A stretch of 59,171 nucleotides of DNA, filler included, from Platydemus manokwari (lineage: Eukaryota): assembly GCA_037951405.1 (NCBI GenBank). It is 5 parts of 5 records of this genome, joined end to end, with 100 filler letters (N's around TTAATTAATTAA, not from the genome) between each part and the next. Parts side by side here need not be neighbours in the genome. Positions count along the whole stretch, not along the records: positions 35,334 to 49,651 come from JBBMOY011483640.1; positions 49,752 to 59,171 come from JBBMOY011251652.1; 3 more parts are not named here. One strand, written 5' to 3'. A program made the position numbers and the translations under genes. The notes under the pieces are model-generated. The model worked only from the letters and a program-made list of their open reading frames with translations. It had not been told where the DNA came from and ran no database searches. The stretch's first letter is position 1, and each line of letters starts with the position of its first letter. Shown piece after piece: positions 38,572-51,944 of this stretch.

Positions 38572-41500
38572 ACGTTATAACATCACATGCTATGACAATA
38601 ATAGAATATCATGTGCCAGAAGCTTTAGATTATTCCAGCTTGACAATTCGGAGTATTTAGTAGCTATTCTAATATCTATCTTTTGTGATGTTTTATTAAT
38701 TTTTCACTCACCTACGAAGATTCTTCTAATTTCAGGAGTAATTGTGATGCTGATGGAATAGATGCTAGAGATTTTCATTATTACAGTGCTCGAGAGGATA
38801 TGCGGCGCTCTTATACTGAAATGAAAAAACTCGGTGGATCAAAATTTTACGATAATTACCACTACCATACATATATTTCATTTCTTTTTAACGTTTGCAA
38901 TTGCTTAAAAGGAAATGTGAGTGTTTCAAGTTTCATATTTGATATACTTTGGTTTCGTTTTATAATTATTGGTCTTTTAAATAAATTGAAAGACTTTATC
39001 ATTCTAATAGATGATTTGAATAACAATTACTGACTGTCGTTGTTACAAAAATGACAACTATATGATAATAGAACATGAAGCATATAAAACGACTGTTTCA
39101 GTGTAATTGATATATAGCGATATTAACAGAATTTCCTCTAATCAAAATGAAATTTAATAAAAAATTGGTTATATATACATTCATCAGCAATAAATGTCGA
39201 ACTAGAACTGTCAATTTATCAATAACTGCTTCTATCAAATTAGATACATAATTGTTGGAAGTTACATGATACTTGTTTCTATCGATCCAATCAACCAACA
39301 TTAAAGTGATACTAACATTTCAAAAACATTTAAATATGTTAGTGATATTAAACGATTTTTGATGTCAATCGATTAATCGAGTTCGATTGTATTAACCAAA
39401 TAACACTTGCTAAGAGAAACTTACTCGTTGACTTAAAATTATACATTTTAGTATTATACACAAAATTTTAATTTAAAGCTATACTTCTTTCTAAATCGAA
39501 GGTATAATTTTTCCTAATTTATGAATAGAATGAAACTAGTAATACATTAAATTAATTTTTAATGATTCCATTTGACTTGTGGTAGTTGCAATTATTTACA
39601 AAACTATCAAGATAGAAGTTGTTTCGTTGTATTTTTAAAAGAAGAAATTCACGAGGCATTAATTAATTGGATAGTGGGCTTAAGAGATCTCTAATTCTAC
39701 AAATAATTTTCTTGCGTATTCTCGCTTATCGTAATAATCGCCTACTATCTTGGTGTTTGAATGAATCTAAAATATTTATTTACTTCAATATTATGATATT
39801 CTAATCACGTTCCGGTAATGACATATGGTATTGTTGGGATCTGATTTTGAATGACCAAATTATTGCTGACTCCTAAAATCGAAGGTTATAGCCTTTATTT
39901 CTAACTATCACAAAGTAATACAAATTTACAATTAAAAATTCAATTCCAACTGCACGCATACTACTCAGTACGAACAAAAAATTTAATGCAATCTCTCAAC
40001 CCGTAAGAAAAACTTGGTTTCCAACATATAGTTGGTGATCTTTTCATCAGTATGTATTTATACTCGAGATCTGTATGTCACGCTTGTATTACATTTTGAT
40101 TTGATCTTTACTTTACTATTTTTCTATTGAGCTTATTGGTATTTGGATGAGTGGGATTCGTCAATCCTTACGCGTGTGTTGTTGTATCCCTTTTTCCAAT
40201 TGTCGTTTTCCATCTAACTTTGATGTGATTGGTTTGATTGCCATGCCTGCGTGGTTGTGTAGGCATTCAAATATTGAAAATTCTAAAACAAGGGTTCCAA
40301 AATGCAGACCAGTTTTTCTTTTGTAAGATTTCGTCTCACTCAACAGTATCAAGAAATATCAAAATTATAAAGGCTACTTGAAGGAAATCCAAAATTTCTT
40401 TAAATGCTAAGTTTTTCAGAATATTATATATACCGTTATTTCGTCGAAATATAATTGAAATATCAGGACTTTATTAAGCAGTATTTGGTAAACTAAAAAA
40501 ATATTTTTCAATATATTGTTTAACATTCAACAAAAAGTAGGCTAAAATATAATTTTTCTTTATTTTTGCTTTATTTATCTTTTTTAATGCATTTTTGCTT
40601 ATTATTGATATTATTTTATTCTGTGCATTTACATTATTTTTATAACAATTTATTCTCAATAATTATAACATTTTGATATCAATTTTTTCTATTATTGTAC
40701 TTAATTTATTTATATTATCATTTAAGTTTTAATGATATTTAAATTTTTATGAGCCTTTTTACGGAGTGCGGGTATGCCATGATTTATTATTTTGTAAATT
40801 GTCTTTTACTTCGATTCCAACCTTATGACATCATAATAAAACAACAGGAAAATAATCCTTGAACAAGTTACATCTGAATTAAATAAATACTTCAGCTATT
40901 TTAGAATTCATTTTAGCCATATTTTCTCAAAATTGATTATTAAAATATGAGTGCAGTTAAAACTAATTATGTTTGTTTGAAATTTAATTTAAATTAGTTT
41001 GCAAAATATAACGAATTTCATCCTTGAAAACATCCAGCCAAAACCTCGAAGAATTGAATGGCTAAAAAGGGTCTCAAAAACAACAGGAGAGGGAAGTTAG
41101 ATCAAAAATAAGATTTGTTTTAATATTAAAAAATAAACGGTGTTATTTTGAATTAGAATAAAATATTGACGCAAATGAGTTATCTTTTTACTATACTTTT
41201 TACTTTATACTATTACAATTCTAATAGCCAATAATTAAATACATTTAATAATAAAATAATCATTTAACTATTTCATTACAAAGTTGATAATTAATTTAAT
41301 GATTAGGCAACTTCAGAAATTATTAAAATCTAATTTAAATCCATATTAAAATATTTTTTAATGTTAATTCTGGGTCGTTACAGTGTTTCAATTTTAGAGA
41401 TCGCAGCCCCACAACTTAGTTTTAATGAATCTAATTATTTTAAATGAATCATCCTTATTCTATAAAGTTAAGTAAATTGATTAGAGTATATCTAATACAT

Positions 41501-41903
41501 GTCCGGATCCATGCAGAAAACCCGAGACATGTGTTCTTGAGAAAAACGTAGTCAAGGGTTCGTGTTCTCGAGTTCCTGATAAAGATCGGCCGTCCAAACT
41601 AATGAATGGCGATTTTAAAAACATCTTTGGTTCAATATACGCCTATTCTTCAGAATGCAAATGTAAACAAGGTTATAATTGGAATCCTAAAACAAGATCA
41701 TGTGACTACATGAGAGCTGGTTGTTCAATAAAGCGGTTCAATAATTTTTTACAAAAATAAATAAGTACCTGTTTGTTAGTATTGGAAATAGAGTATGTCG
41801 ACATGGTGGGCAATGTCTACCTGTTCCAGAAAAAGAAAGGCAATACGACTTTCAAATATTACGTTGCGTTTGTTTGCCAGCATGGACGGGCTATCTTTGC
41901 ACG
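38572..41903 (+). CDS. Partial Cys-rich EGF-like-domain protein (4 internal exons)
   Basis: Exons 38572-38652, 38736-38916, 41485-41735 and 41780-41903 splice in frame: ...NVCNCLKGN|SISNTCPDPCRKPETC...ECKCKQGYNWNPKTRSCD...|VCRHGGQCLP...RCVCLPAWTGYLC (EGF CxCxxxWxGxxC). Start and stop exons not identified. Confidence 0.75.
39850..40360 (-). mobile_element. Decayed non-LTR (LINE) APE-endonuclease remnant within the EGF-gene intron
   Basis: ILLSETK (APE motif D.I.LxET) and a downstream HTR (PTR-like) in ORF 40161-40352. Confidence 0.4.
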
Positions 41904-42387
41904 GTAGTAATTTTGTAATTTTATCAAAAATAATTAGAATGAATATTATTATTTCTTACCAAAGATAAATTTTCAAAATTTGATTATATTTACAGATTTT
42001 CAAAATTACATGATACCATTTTTCTTCGGATGTATGTTTAATGAAACCAAAAAATGAAGAATGTTTTTGCTCATTCACCTTTGGAGAGAAACCAACATTA
42101 ATAAATATTTTTTAGAATTCCGTTGTATCATAGGTTTTGTTCATTTGTACTTCTTGATCAATATCAATTGAACAAAATATTTTCCGTCGGAAATCAATGA
42201 GTTTCTTGAAGTTTCTATTTTATCTGACCAATAATTATATCAACTAATGCTCTATGAAACTCAATTGATTTTCAATTCTTCACTTAAAATTGATCAAATT
42301 GAATCAACGGTGTTTATTTACCGAAGAATCCAATATTTATTTTTAGTAATAATTAATTTGTTTTCCTAGTATAATTAATAGAATTAT

Positions 42388-43367
42388 GGCTAAAGTTAAA
42401 AAATAGGGTTCTAAAATAAAATTTTAAATTTGTAGAGTGTATTGCAAAAATCTATATAGTTTATTTAATTAAATTCTTTAATAACATTTTGAATTTTTAT
42501 TTAAGTACTTTAAAAGAATTTTAGTTATTTAGAATCAAATAATACAAGCACATGATTTTTAAAATTTTTCTAAGAATTAATTATTTGAAAAACGGGTCAA
42601 AGTAGGTCAAAATTCAATTAATTGAAAATTAGCGAGGACCCCTTGTTTTAACATTAGAAGTAAATATAATTATATCTTATTATTTTTAAAAAAAAAGTGA
42701 CTTCGAAATTATTGAGGAGTGCCAGGAAAAAGGTACTGTGTTTTCTATTTAATATCTATTTAATAGATTGGATACAAAGATCTCAAACCCGTTGATGCTG
42801 TAATGTAATGAAGATTTTATGCAAATCAAATAAATCGTACAGATGAAGATGCCACAAATATATAAGAAGTTTCAGAATTCAAATAGGGACTTGGTTCAAC
42901 AATTCAGCCTTGTCCCTTTTCGACATTCTGAATAAGGTGTTTTTGGTGCAAAGGGCTCATGCAAAAAAATTATATTTACAAAATAATATCCATTGGTAAA
43001 CTAACAATCAACAAATATTGACAATTTTTATTAAAATAAAACCAAGATTTTAAAATTATATATTAAAGTACAAAATTTGTAGGTTTCTCGCCAATGAAGA
43101 AATATCTTGGCATAGAAATATAATTGCATGCCTAAATATCGTCGTATAAATTGACGAGAAGTATTTTTGAAAGTGCCTACTATACTAGCGGGCATCGAAG
43201 ACATCGTTTTTGATTGTTAGAGTTGATTTTTGATTTTTAATATAAAATTGAATTTTATGTAAAGATTTCATTAAAATATGATTACAGATAAATATTAATA
43301 TCAAATAACTCACGAAAAGTCATTACTTTAAAATTGCGTCAAAGGACCCTTTTTCTTAACTTAAGCC
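42388..43367. mobile_element. ~980-bp DNA transposon with 24-bp TIRs (superfamily unassigned)
   Basis: Left GGCTAAAGTTAAAAAATAGGGTTC vs reverse complement of right end GGCTTAAGTTAAGAAAAAGGGTCC. Related copies at ~19760-20522 and a TIR at 32202. Confidence 0.7.
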
Positions 43368-44279
43368 GATTTAAAATATGTGAATTCAAAACAACACTGA
43401 GTGTATATAGTTACAACGTCGTTACAATATTAGTTATTAAAACAAGATGAGACAAAAGTAACGGTTCACTTTACCAGGAATAGACAAAACCTGTTTTAAT
43501 TAGAAATACATTGGATTCACAAAGAAGAAATGAATTTATAAATTAGAATACATAAAATGACTGTTCACTCTGATAACCATATATTCTCTAAACATTAGCC
43601 AAGGAAGTTCTTATAAACTTTTTATAAGACAAACCATAATCATACCTCACAATCTTTGTTTGTCAGCGAGGATACCATAAAACTAAAGGGAAAATCAAAA
43701 TTCTGAGGCATCGTTAGACAAGGATACCTTCAACCTGGGAAATTCACAAAATAATAAATTACAATAAATCCTTGTTAAGTTGAGTTTATAATCTACTCTG
43801 GTTCATTTTTCTAAAAGTTGTTTGTGCCTTGTGACAAATATGATGGAATAATTTTTGAAAAATTTGACATATACAAATACATACATAGACAAAATGAAGG
43901 CTCATATCGAACGGGTGATATTGGGTGATAATTGATGAATGAATTTTTATAGTAATTGGATGGTGAATGTTGAAATATTTTATTTATGTTTCATTGAAAT
44001 TTTAAAATTCTAGATTACGATAATTATCATCAAAACGATCGTCTAAAGATAGTTAATATGAAATAGAGACAAATATAGGAAGATATGCTAGGCATGTATA
44101 AGTGTAGTGACAATTCCACCAAGATTAGAACTAAAAAAATTAAATCAAAATATCATCATAATTTATCATTTGATTATGGAAATAACTAAGACATAGATCG
44201 AAGAAAAACCACTCAAATAAGGTCATGACTCATCACAAAGAGAATTAAGTGGGAATATGACAGCATTATTGAGATTCAA

Positions 44280-44580
44280 TTGTCAAATGTTAGAGAAGGA
44301 ACATATTGTCAGGACAATTTAAAAGCTTGTAATGTCAATTGGCTAATAAACTGGTACATAAACTCAAACGATCGTGAACAAATTGAAAACCGATATTATA
44401 GAAGTAAACTAAACAGAACCAACAAAAAAGAAAGTGCAAAAGGAGCACTCGCATTTGTTCACGAAATATCGATGGGATAAATTTAGAGCTAGATCATTGG
44501 ATTTGTTAATGCCAGAAGTAGTGAGGCTAAATAAAGTTAATTAGAAAGGTCAGGTTGACCCAATAATGTTGATAAACACA
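44280..44580 (+). mobile_element. LINE ORF1/ORF2 junction remnant
   Basis: IIGFVNARS (APE N-terminal xxNARS motif) followed by DPIMLINT, with stops. Confidence 0.4.
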
Positions 44581-45059
44581 AATCATAGGTTTTAGCCTAA
44601 AATAAGATTTTGATAAAACAAAAATGATTTATTATATATGATAAATACCTAAATTAAATATTAATGGACTTCACCACATTTCTTACCTAGAGTTTCTTTT
44701 ACAAAAGACTCTATTCTATTTTCTTTTTTGTTCGATGAAAAAATATTTGAATTACAAGTTTAATCTGAGCTCATTTCTCCTGATATATCAGCTTTCTTGT
44801 TTTCTTCATGATAAGTTTCTCCTCTTAAAAACAAGTTCAATTTTTGGTATATTTTTCCTTTCAATTTAAGAGACTTTTCTCTTGACAAGATTGATATTTT
44901 CTGATTTTATTTTTATTAACTTTTCTCAGCAATACTTGATCAAGTCGAGTGAACCGAAACGTATAATATTATTAAGCTAATTTAGTTTTTTTATAAATGT
45001 TATTTGATGGAAGCACATTTAAGTTCATTCATTAATAATTTGATCAAATTTCTTAGGTT

Positions 45060-46920
45060 AGTTTTTAGTTATTTAACTTTTGTGGGGTTGTATTATAATA
45101 GAATTGATGAATTTTAGAAATCTCTTATGGTAGTGGCAGTAAGAGTCCTCAATTGATTTTATCAGTGATTAGTCCTAATAGCACAGTAACCACTGCTATA
45201 ATATCTTTTAGATTTTAATTTGGGTTCTTGGTGTATGAGTTTCAGACCAGAAATTTTATATTGGAATACACGTACAATGTGATTTTAAAAGAATTAAAAT
45301 TACTTGATAGATGGATTTAAAATAATGTCCAATTTGCACTAAGAATCATACTCCAAAATGGTATTTTGGTTGAATTTATTCTTCGCAATATAATGATACA
45401 AGATAGTTTGTCGGGTTCAGTTAAGTAAAAAAAATTGTAGAAATTTTTCTTCGCAAGGTACTTTGAGAAAACGGTTTGTCGGATTGGTACTAATTAAAGT
45501 TTAGATAATTCGATAGCCTATTCATTTCCTAAATATGTTGGTTCTTAACGCGACATTATGACTTCTGTCAAACAGCGAATTTTCAACTAAAGTGGATCTA
45601 TGTTTAAAATACTTTTTTCGGATTAATTACTAGCTTTAAATAAAGGATTTTACACATTCTCTACGACGTAAGTCACTGTAATGGCTAAACAACGAACCTA
45701 ATAAAAACCAGTCAGATTCCTTTTCACAAATTTAATATATCTTGAAACAGATAAGCTAAACAATATCAACAATGTAGTTGCGATAATTACTAAGGACAAA
45801 AGGTAAAAGTTCGTTTCGATCCCATAAAATCGTCAAAGCACAACATTCAGAAATCTTAAACCTTAATAACTTAGACAAACAAAATTTTCAAAAGTCAAAG
45901 GTCAAATCACAATGACCTCAACACCCAATAGATAAGAATTTTGACAGGAATTACCGACTATAAAATACTGGCAGTTACACTAGTGATCTGACTCCTTTTA
46001 TAGACTTTGCTGTGTTTTTCTTTTTGGATATGTTGGATAGAGACCTTCATAATAAAATGATAATAATTAATATAACTTTTTAAAATAATTCTAAAATTAG
46101 CCATTGCTTGCCAAAAATAAATAAAATCCAAAATTAGAATAAAAGCAATATATAAATAAAAAGAACGAATAAAAGTCCCTAAAATAGTAATAATAAAAAA
46201 TACATCAATTAAAATAATACTAAAAACAATGATTAAAAATATAATGAAAATAAAACTAGTAAAAATTAAAAAGAAAAATCAAAAAAATTCCTGAAAGAAC
46301 TGAAACTAAATTATCGGTCAATCTAATTACAGACAAACAAAGACAGATAATTATCGAAATCTTTCATCAGCGAAGTAACAAATCCTCAATTAAAGGAAAA
46401 ATTATCCTCATTTAATGAGTTGAAAACTATATATTTATATGATGATTGTTATCAGCATAAATAGAAGAAGAAAAATTAGCTTTATCAAATTCAAAAATCA
46501 AATTTAGTTTATTCGAGGTGCATTTCATTCTCAGTGTAAACAAAACATTGTAATCATATTGTAATCGTTCTCAACTTATTCATAAAACAATCTTTTTAAT
46601 CATAAATCACTATTCCAATATTTAAACTCTGTTTTCAAGTAATTTTACTGATGGTTTAAGTTTAATTCCAAAATATTTGTACTTCAATGTTATCTAAGCT
46701 TGAATTCCATTGAACTAAAACATATTTTTAAAATTGGTTTTTTAAATTTAAACAGAAACTTCTATATAGTAGTGGTTACAGTGCAATTAGACCTAACCAC
46801 CAATAGATTATTTTCCGAGACTTTTGTGAGCACGACTATAAGAGACTTCTAAAATTAATAAACTCCAGCTATAATAAACCATTCAATGGACTTATAACTA
46901 AAAGCGGATTACCCAACCTT
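45060..46920. repeat. Pair of diverged inverted copies (45060-45230 minus; 46745-46920 plus)
   Basis: TATAG(C/T)AGTGGTTAC(T/A)GTGC(T/A)ATTAG...ATAAGAGA(T/C)TTCTAAAATT occurs in opposite orientations. Confidence 0.65.
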
Positions 46921-49651
46921 GTTATCTGCCTAAAATCTCAGCTATTTTTTTATCTTATTGTGTTGTATTACCATTTAATTTGAATCTCGTTGTATTTTAT
47001 TGATTGTATCCAGTGTAATTTAAATCGAATCCTTCATTTTATTATAGACATATAATCTAACCTCATATCCCGATCATAATATACATACTTCTTTCTGAGT
47101 CAAGCGTACTAATTAAATATCATTAGTAAAAATCAATTAGAGCTCAACTCATTCATAATTTATTATAGGATTTCGATACTCAGTTAATTCTCATTAATTC
47201 TAATATAATTTTCAATTTATTTTGATCAAAGTTACATTAAATTAGGAAACTTAGTAAACCCAACAGATATTACAACAGAATGCAGGGCAAATCTGGAATT
47301 CTGAAAACAGAGCCAGAATGATCTTCTTGAATTGTAAGTCGTGTCCTGATTTCGTACATAACAAATGTGCATGCTATAATTGTGACTGGTGCCTTATGTT
47401 AGAAAAGATTCTGTGATTAAATTTATTCTGTACGATTATTTTATCCACAGTTAGAATTTATTAAATGTGATAACTAGTAATTTGACTAGCAATTTATTTT
47501 ATGAAAGTATTGTTTTAATTGATAAGTCTAATTGAATGGGTTTTATTTATTCATATAAATTTTTTATCAATTACAAGGTTTATTATTTTGAATTTAACTT
47601 TTATTTATTTCTTTTAACCGTAAAGATTCCATAATTTAAATAAAGATATCCAATATTATTCTTCATCCAAAAATACTTTTATACATCTAATAGTATATAA
47701 ATCGATGCCCAACTTTTGTCTTTCAAACTGATAAAAACCCAAACCAAAACAAATTTATAAACATAATTCCTTACTTTATTATTATTTTATTCTATTTGAA
47801 CTATTTCGCTCATTCTTATATAGTATTTAGTCGACACGCTCCCACTATCTAGCTATTATTGTTGCTTAAATCTTACCAAACAATAATATTAAAAATAAAT
47901 AAACTGAATCAATTAAATAAATATGGAAAACAATTTCCGAGGTTGGAAGTTGTCATTAATGAAGAACAGATCAGGACCAAAGCGCCAACTAGTGAAGTTG
48001 ATGAAGAAATGCACTTTGGCGTGTTTGGAAAATAGTTATCGACGAAAGGGTTTCGACCGATTATAGGACAAACAAACACCAATTCCTATAACTGCGAGAA
48101 ATGGTGTACTGCACGCTGCTGCAGTACATACGCGATGGCAGACAGTATTTCAGTCAGTACAGCAGTGAACAGAAAAAAATTAAGAAGACAGTTCTAAATT
48201 TATGAAGCGATTGTAAGGAAAATTAAGAAAATTATTTCGACAGTTATTGATTCAAGAACCGGAAGAATCCTGGTTATTTATTTTTGTTTAATAATTTTGC
48301 AGAGTTGAAACATTCGAGGAAATTGTTTCCGGGATATTAATAAAGGTAAAAATTATAAATTGTGTGATATTCGAGGACGGCGTTCCCGAATATCGGTATT
48401 TAGTAGAAGTAATAAATGTGTCTTGTCCTTAACTTATTGTTGCGCATACTAGTATGTCGTTAGGCCCTGAGTAGCTCCTTGGCTGGTATTTTAATTTTGA
48501 GTATTTTTCATCCGTATTTCCTAACAAATTCGAATTTAAGGGTTGGGCCCTTGTTTTGTGATTTATTTGAACCAGTTTATATTGTGATATTTATAAACCT
48601 TACTGAGCAGCCATTATCTTTAGGAATCAGATAGGTTAGATCACGAGTATTGATTGCGCTTTACAGCAGGTAGACCCAATAATATTATTATATTATCTTC
48701 TTTATTTTGTCACTATTTACATATAATCTCATTTTATATTTTAGATAATATTTAAATTTCCTAATTTATATTTGTTTATTTATATTGTCATTATTATTAT
48801 TAATCTTATTATTATTAATAATATTATTATTATTATCATTGTTCTTGGTATTATTGTTGTTATCACTATTATAATCATTGATACGTTATTTTATTATTTA
48901 TTTATATTTGTAATCTAAATGAAATCCATTTGATTGTGCTATTGGCCAATTATATATGCTGCCAGTCAATAAACTTGTTTTGTAATCCTTTCTGCTTATC
49001 ATTATTGATTCGAAACAGCAAGCATCTCAAAAAAATTTTACAATCACTCAACCGTAACTACGTATTGTTAAAGTATTTCTGATTTATATCGGCAAATCCT
49101 TAGATAATACTTAATTATAATTAATAATAGTAATTACATTTAATGATTTCATTAATTATTATATTTTTATTAAAGGTTTTTATCTCGTTTAAATTTATAC
49201 ATCAAATATTCCTTAAAAAAAGTCAATAAATCTCTGTTATCATATCATATGGAAGACGTCATTGGGCGAGTCATCCTGGTTGGTAATGAAAAACGTTTAT
49301 CTTTAAATCAATAATAGCAATATTAATAGTTAATAATTATTCCAACATTTTCACCGTTCGTCATGGCAACAAGAGAAAGCAATTAATAATTGAAGGAAAA
49401 ATATTTTTTGTTTTCATTAAGTCGAAGCCAATTATATGTCGACAGGAATCTCATCAAGATCTTAATCGAAACGATCATTTATGCGCTTCTTGGATTGAGG
49501 AGGTACTTCGATGAAATGTAGTTCATTTAGATTGATTTGGGAATTTATTCTCTTATTATTAATAATATTGATAATTTTCTTTTCTAAGTGATTTTGTTTT
49601 AATTATTGACTCAACATTTAACAAAATCCCTTCATTATTATCATTATAATA

Positions 49652-49751
49652 NNNNNNNNNNNNNNNNNNNNNNNNNNNNNNNNNNNNNNNNNNNNTTAAT
49701 TAATTAANNNNNNNNNNNNNNNNNNNNNNNNNNNNNNNNNNNNNNNNNNNN
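49652..49751. other. Artificial assembly spacer
   Basis: 44 N + TTAATTAATTAA + 44 N. Confidence 0.97.
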
Positions 49752-50007
49752 ACAAAAGTATATTGGATCAATATATTTTCTATAATTTTAAATATCAATA
49801 TATTTTCTGTTTAAAATGATCATTTAATGATTAATTAATTTTAAATAAACATAAACAATTATTGTAAAAAATATTAAAACTCTTGTTAGTTTTTTATCAG
49901 TGAACTAACGAGATTTATAGATAGAGCTTAATTGAAAAGAAAATTTAAGGATGGCATATATGGGGTATAATGGTTTGCTGATTAGAAACAATATTCTGCT
50001 GGTAAAC

Positions 50008-50294
50008 TACGATTTTGTACTGATATCTGCCTATCACTATCGAATATCATCTCGAATCAACATTTAATACTTTTTCCAACAATTGATTCCGATTAATGAC
50101 CATGTTACTCACCACTCGACCGGACACATTTGTTGTTATTAGATACAATATTTTAGCGATTAACCACTATTTTGTATTGATTTCTGCTTATCAATATCGA
50201 ATATCATCTCGAATCCACCATTTAATACTTTTTCTGACAAATTGATTCCGATTAATGACCATGTTGCTCACCACTCGACCGGACACATTTGTTG
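50008..50294. repeat. Near-identical tandem duplication (~125-nt core, ~160-nt period)
   Basis: ATCGAATATCATCTCGAATC...TTGATTCCGATTAATGACCATGTT.CTCACCACTCGACCGGACACATTTGTTG present twice. Confidence 0.9.
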
Positions 50295-51519
50295 CGATTA
50301 CAATTTGGTCTTATACAAACATAACTCCTACAGTTGGTAAATTAAATTTTAGCTGACCTATAGAATCCAAATTGGATTGAAATGTTTAAATTATCACATC
50401 TGTCAAAGGTCTTGTAGCTCAAACTTTTAATAATAATAAAATATTTTGATTCCAATAAAAGCAAATGCTAATAAATTCGATCATCTTGGAAGCTACGTTG
50501 AATGAAAATATTTTTTGGACATTATAAGAGACGAAAATACTAATAGAATTCCCAAAATAAAACAATTAGAATCAACAGTATGTTAGATAAAAACTTGATT
50601 TCAGCGTCACAATTTATCATGGACTATGGGTTATCGTGAGTGGCAAATAATATATTATTTGACTTCAGAGATTTATCAAGTATAATGTCTGCTTGTTCAA
50701 CTCAATAAATCTCCACAAAAACTTGTCAAACGAATAAAAAACAGAAGCCAAAGAAATAAAACTTTTAAATTTTAAAGGTGGATGTTTGGTTGTGTATGAT
50801 GTTAGAGGATTTCCAAATGATATTTTTGCAAGTATTGTGCTAAAAACACTGATTCTGTTATCTTTACTTCTTATTATTGAAAAGTAGTATTTTTTCTTTT
50901 TATCTCGTAGTCCAACGTAATCCGTCGTGTTTCTCTGCTCTGATTAGATCTTTAAATATTCATGTTGTTTTGAAAGCTTTTAGTGGCTTCAAATGGTATC
51001 ACATATGTCAATTTCAGATTTTTCTTTTAACTTCTTTTCCGCATTATTATTACTACTACATAACGACCGTATCGATAATGTTTGAAAACAACTCCTTATT
51101 TTAAAATTTCTATATTTTGTATTCTAATTTAATTTTTCGCAATAAATAATTATTAATATAAAATTCAATATTGGTTACCTTCTTCTCAAGCATTCCTGTA
51201 GTCTATTATGGAATAGAAAAGATATAATTTCACAACAATTTTTCAAGTTCTTTCAAACTCATTTTTTGCAAAGTAGACAATGTTTCTTCAACTAAACCAT
51301 GGGAAAAGTCGCAGTGTTAATTATGACCATTCATGTGAATCATCAATTTTCCCGGTAGATATTTATTCACCCAATGAAGAATAATTTTGGTAAAATGAAA
51401 AACAACATCAGAGATTTAATCGTCATGTATTTAAGCACAATCCAATGAATTGAAAAGTCGACAACATAATAAATCATAAGATTTGTGAAATATGGAGCTG
51501 ATTTTCAAATATATCTCAA

Positions 51520-51944
51520 ATTACATCAGCTACAGAAAGAAAATGATTTTGTTTCGTTTAAATATGAGACTTTTTTTAATAATAAAATTATCCACCAACT
51601 TTTATCTTGAACTGTAAGAGACCGAGAGAAATTCGAACCAAAGGAATTTTCGCTCCCAAAAGCATCGTCGATATTTATAATTTGAGTGCAATCTGTATTT
51701 AGAAATGGGGATGTCGTTGTTTTAGTTTTGATAAGACCTTGACGTATTAAAGATTCGAAATTAGCAGTAGATGAATTCGCAGGGCTCGGCATACGTTTGG
51801 TATTGTTTGCATTGTGTAATAAAACATAATTGTAGCAACCTTAATTTGGAAAATATTAGTTTCATCTTTAATCACTGAGTCGTTAATTTGTTTTTCTAAA
51901 TAAATAACTACGACTAGGTAAGTCTTCAAGTGTTCTTCGACTTC
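51520..51944 (-). CDS. Probable 3' coding exons (Ser/Thr-rich tail), possibly of the tincar-like gene
   Basis: Phase-1 exon 51944-51912 (SRRTLEDLPS), 72-nt GT-AG intron, exon 51839-~51597 (CYNYVLLHNANNTKRMPSPANSST...VQDK), then an acceptor TTTCTGTAG with a stop within a few codons. Confidence 0.45.

Noticed and set aside
40010-40055. Hammerhead-ribozyme-like CTGATGA...GAAAC (also near 14230 and 48000)
   Set aside because: Stem II does not abut the core boxes and stems I/III are absent.
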